A DNA stretch of 63,522 nucleotides, filler included, from Octopus bimaculoides (Eukaryota), in assembly GCF_001194135.2 (NCBI RefSeq). It is 5 parts of 5 records of this genome, joined end to end, with 100 filler letters (N's around TTAATTAATTAA, not from the genome) between each part and the next. Parts side by side here need not be neighbours in the genome. Positions count along the whole stretch, not along the records: positions 60,492 to 63,522 come from NC_069007.1; 4 more parts are not named here. One strand, written 5' to 3'. The notes under the pieces are model-generated. The model was not told where the DNA came from. It searched no databases and saw nothing but the letters and a program-made list of their open reading frames with translations. Numbering within the stretch: position 1 is the first letter of the stretch; each line of letters begins with the position of its first letter. Position numbers and translations under genes: made by a program. This document shows, one piece after another, positions 62,684-63,522 of this stretch.

Positions 62684-63046
62684 CTTATTGAGTGAGAGAG
62701 CAGTGCATGCCATCAAAGTGACCCTGGGGCAAAATATACGAAGCCCAGTATACCCATCATGACTACCCGTCTGATAAGGGTACACCGGGCACATGCATCA
62801 CAACCATATGTGCGCGATATAGTGATCTCGTATCAAGATAAATAGCGCATGACCTCGCAGGTGGGGCCCAGTTAGAATTTTCTTCAGGTCTAGTAGCCCT
62901 TTCCGCTCAAAAGGTCCCTGAATAAGGTTTGTTTAAGGATGTTGAGCAAAACACCCATGTTTCCAAAAGTGAATTATTCAAACCCCAAAGAATTCCTCTC
63001 AACACATGGCTGTGATGCTCCCCCACTACTTCTGCTCATGATCAGG
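62684..63046 (+). repeat. Unclassified interspersed repeat between SINE A copies
   Basis: Homologous to 57200-57400 on a different scaffold; no ORF recognised. Confidence 0.6.
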
Positions 63047-63050
63047 AATT

Positions 63051-63522
63051 AAGCCGATTAGATAGACCCCAGTGCGTAACTGGTACTTATTTAATCGACC
63101 CCGAAAGGATGAAAGCAAAGTCGACTTCAGCGGAATTTGAACTCAGAACATAAAGACAGACGAAATATCGCTAAGCCTTTTGCCCGGCGTGCTAACGTTT
63201 CTTATTTCTTTATTGCCCACAAGGGGCTAAACATAGAGGGGACAAATAAGGACAGACAAACGGATTAAGTCGATTATAACGACCCCAGTGCATAACTGGT
63301 ACTTATTTAATCGACTCCGAAAGATGAAAGCAAAGTCGACCTCGGCGGAATTTAAACTCAGAACGTAACGACAGACGAAATACTTTATTTCTTTACTGCC
63401 CACAAGGGGCTAAACATAGAGGGAACAAACAAGAACAGACGAACGGATTAAGTCGATTACATCGACCCCAGTGCGTAACTGGTACTTAATTTATCGACCC
63501 CGAAAGGATGAAAGGCAAAGTC
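63051..63522 (-). repeat. SINE-A-derived tandem array, at least 3 units (periods 216 and 183 bp), running off the window end
   Basis: AAG(T/C)CGATTA at 63051, 63267 and 63450; units separated by TTATTTCTTTA.TGCCCACAAGGGGCTAAACATAGAGGG.ACAAA.AAG.ACAGAC.AACGGATT. Confidence 0.9.

Overview
AT-rich, microsatellite-laden eukaryotic animal DNA. The SINE, RTE and CR1 families resemble, from my recall, those abundant in Octopus and other coleoid cephalopods; I cannot confirm the species. The window is not contiguous: four identical 100-nt linkers (N44-TTAATTAATTAA-N44) split it into five separately assembled pieces (1-20419, 20520-34904, 35005-50011, 50112-60391, 60492-63522), and many internal N-gaps sit next to simple repeats. 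Most recognisable content is decayed mobile DNA: several Tc1/mariner lineages, CR1-, RTE- and Hero-like non-LTR retrotransposon remnants, a Helitron Rep/Hel fragment plus a complete non-autonomous Helitron, hAT and other MITEs, and four tRNA-derived SINE families. I found no intact transposase or reverse transcriptase, and no true tRNA, rRNA or CRISPR array. The only plausible host coding signals are two phase-compatible minus-strand exons (12334-12402 and 10585-10821) and a small two-exon ORF (61257-60923); I cannot assign either to a known family. The most unusual structures are SINE-derived tandem arrays sharing one spacer on two scaffolds, a telomere-like repeat ending in a perfect fold-back hairpin, a 140-bp near-palindromic MITE, a cryptic ~28-bp minisatellite and a local ~430-bp duplication with open frames. 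I do not see convincing evidence of a new multi-gene biological system.
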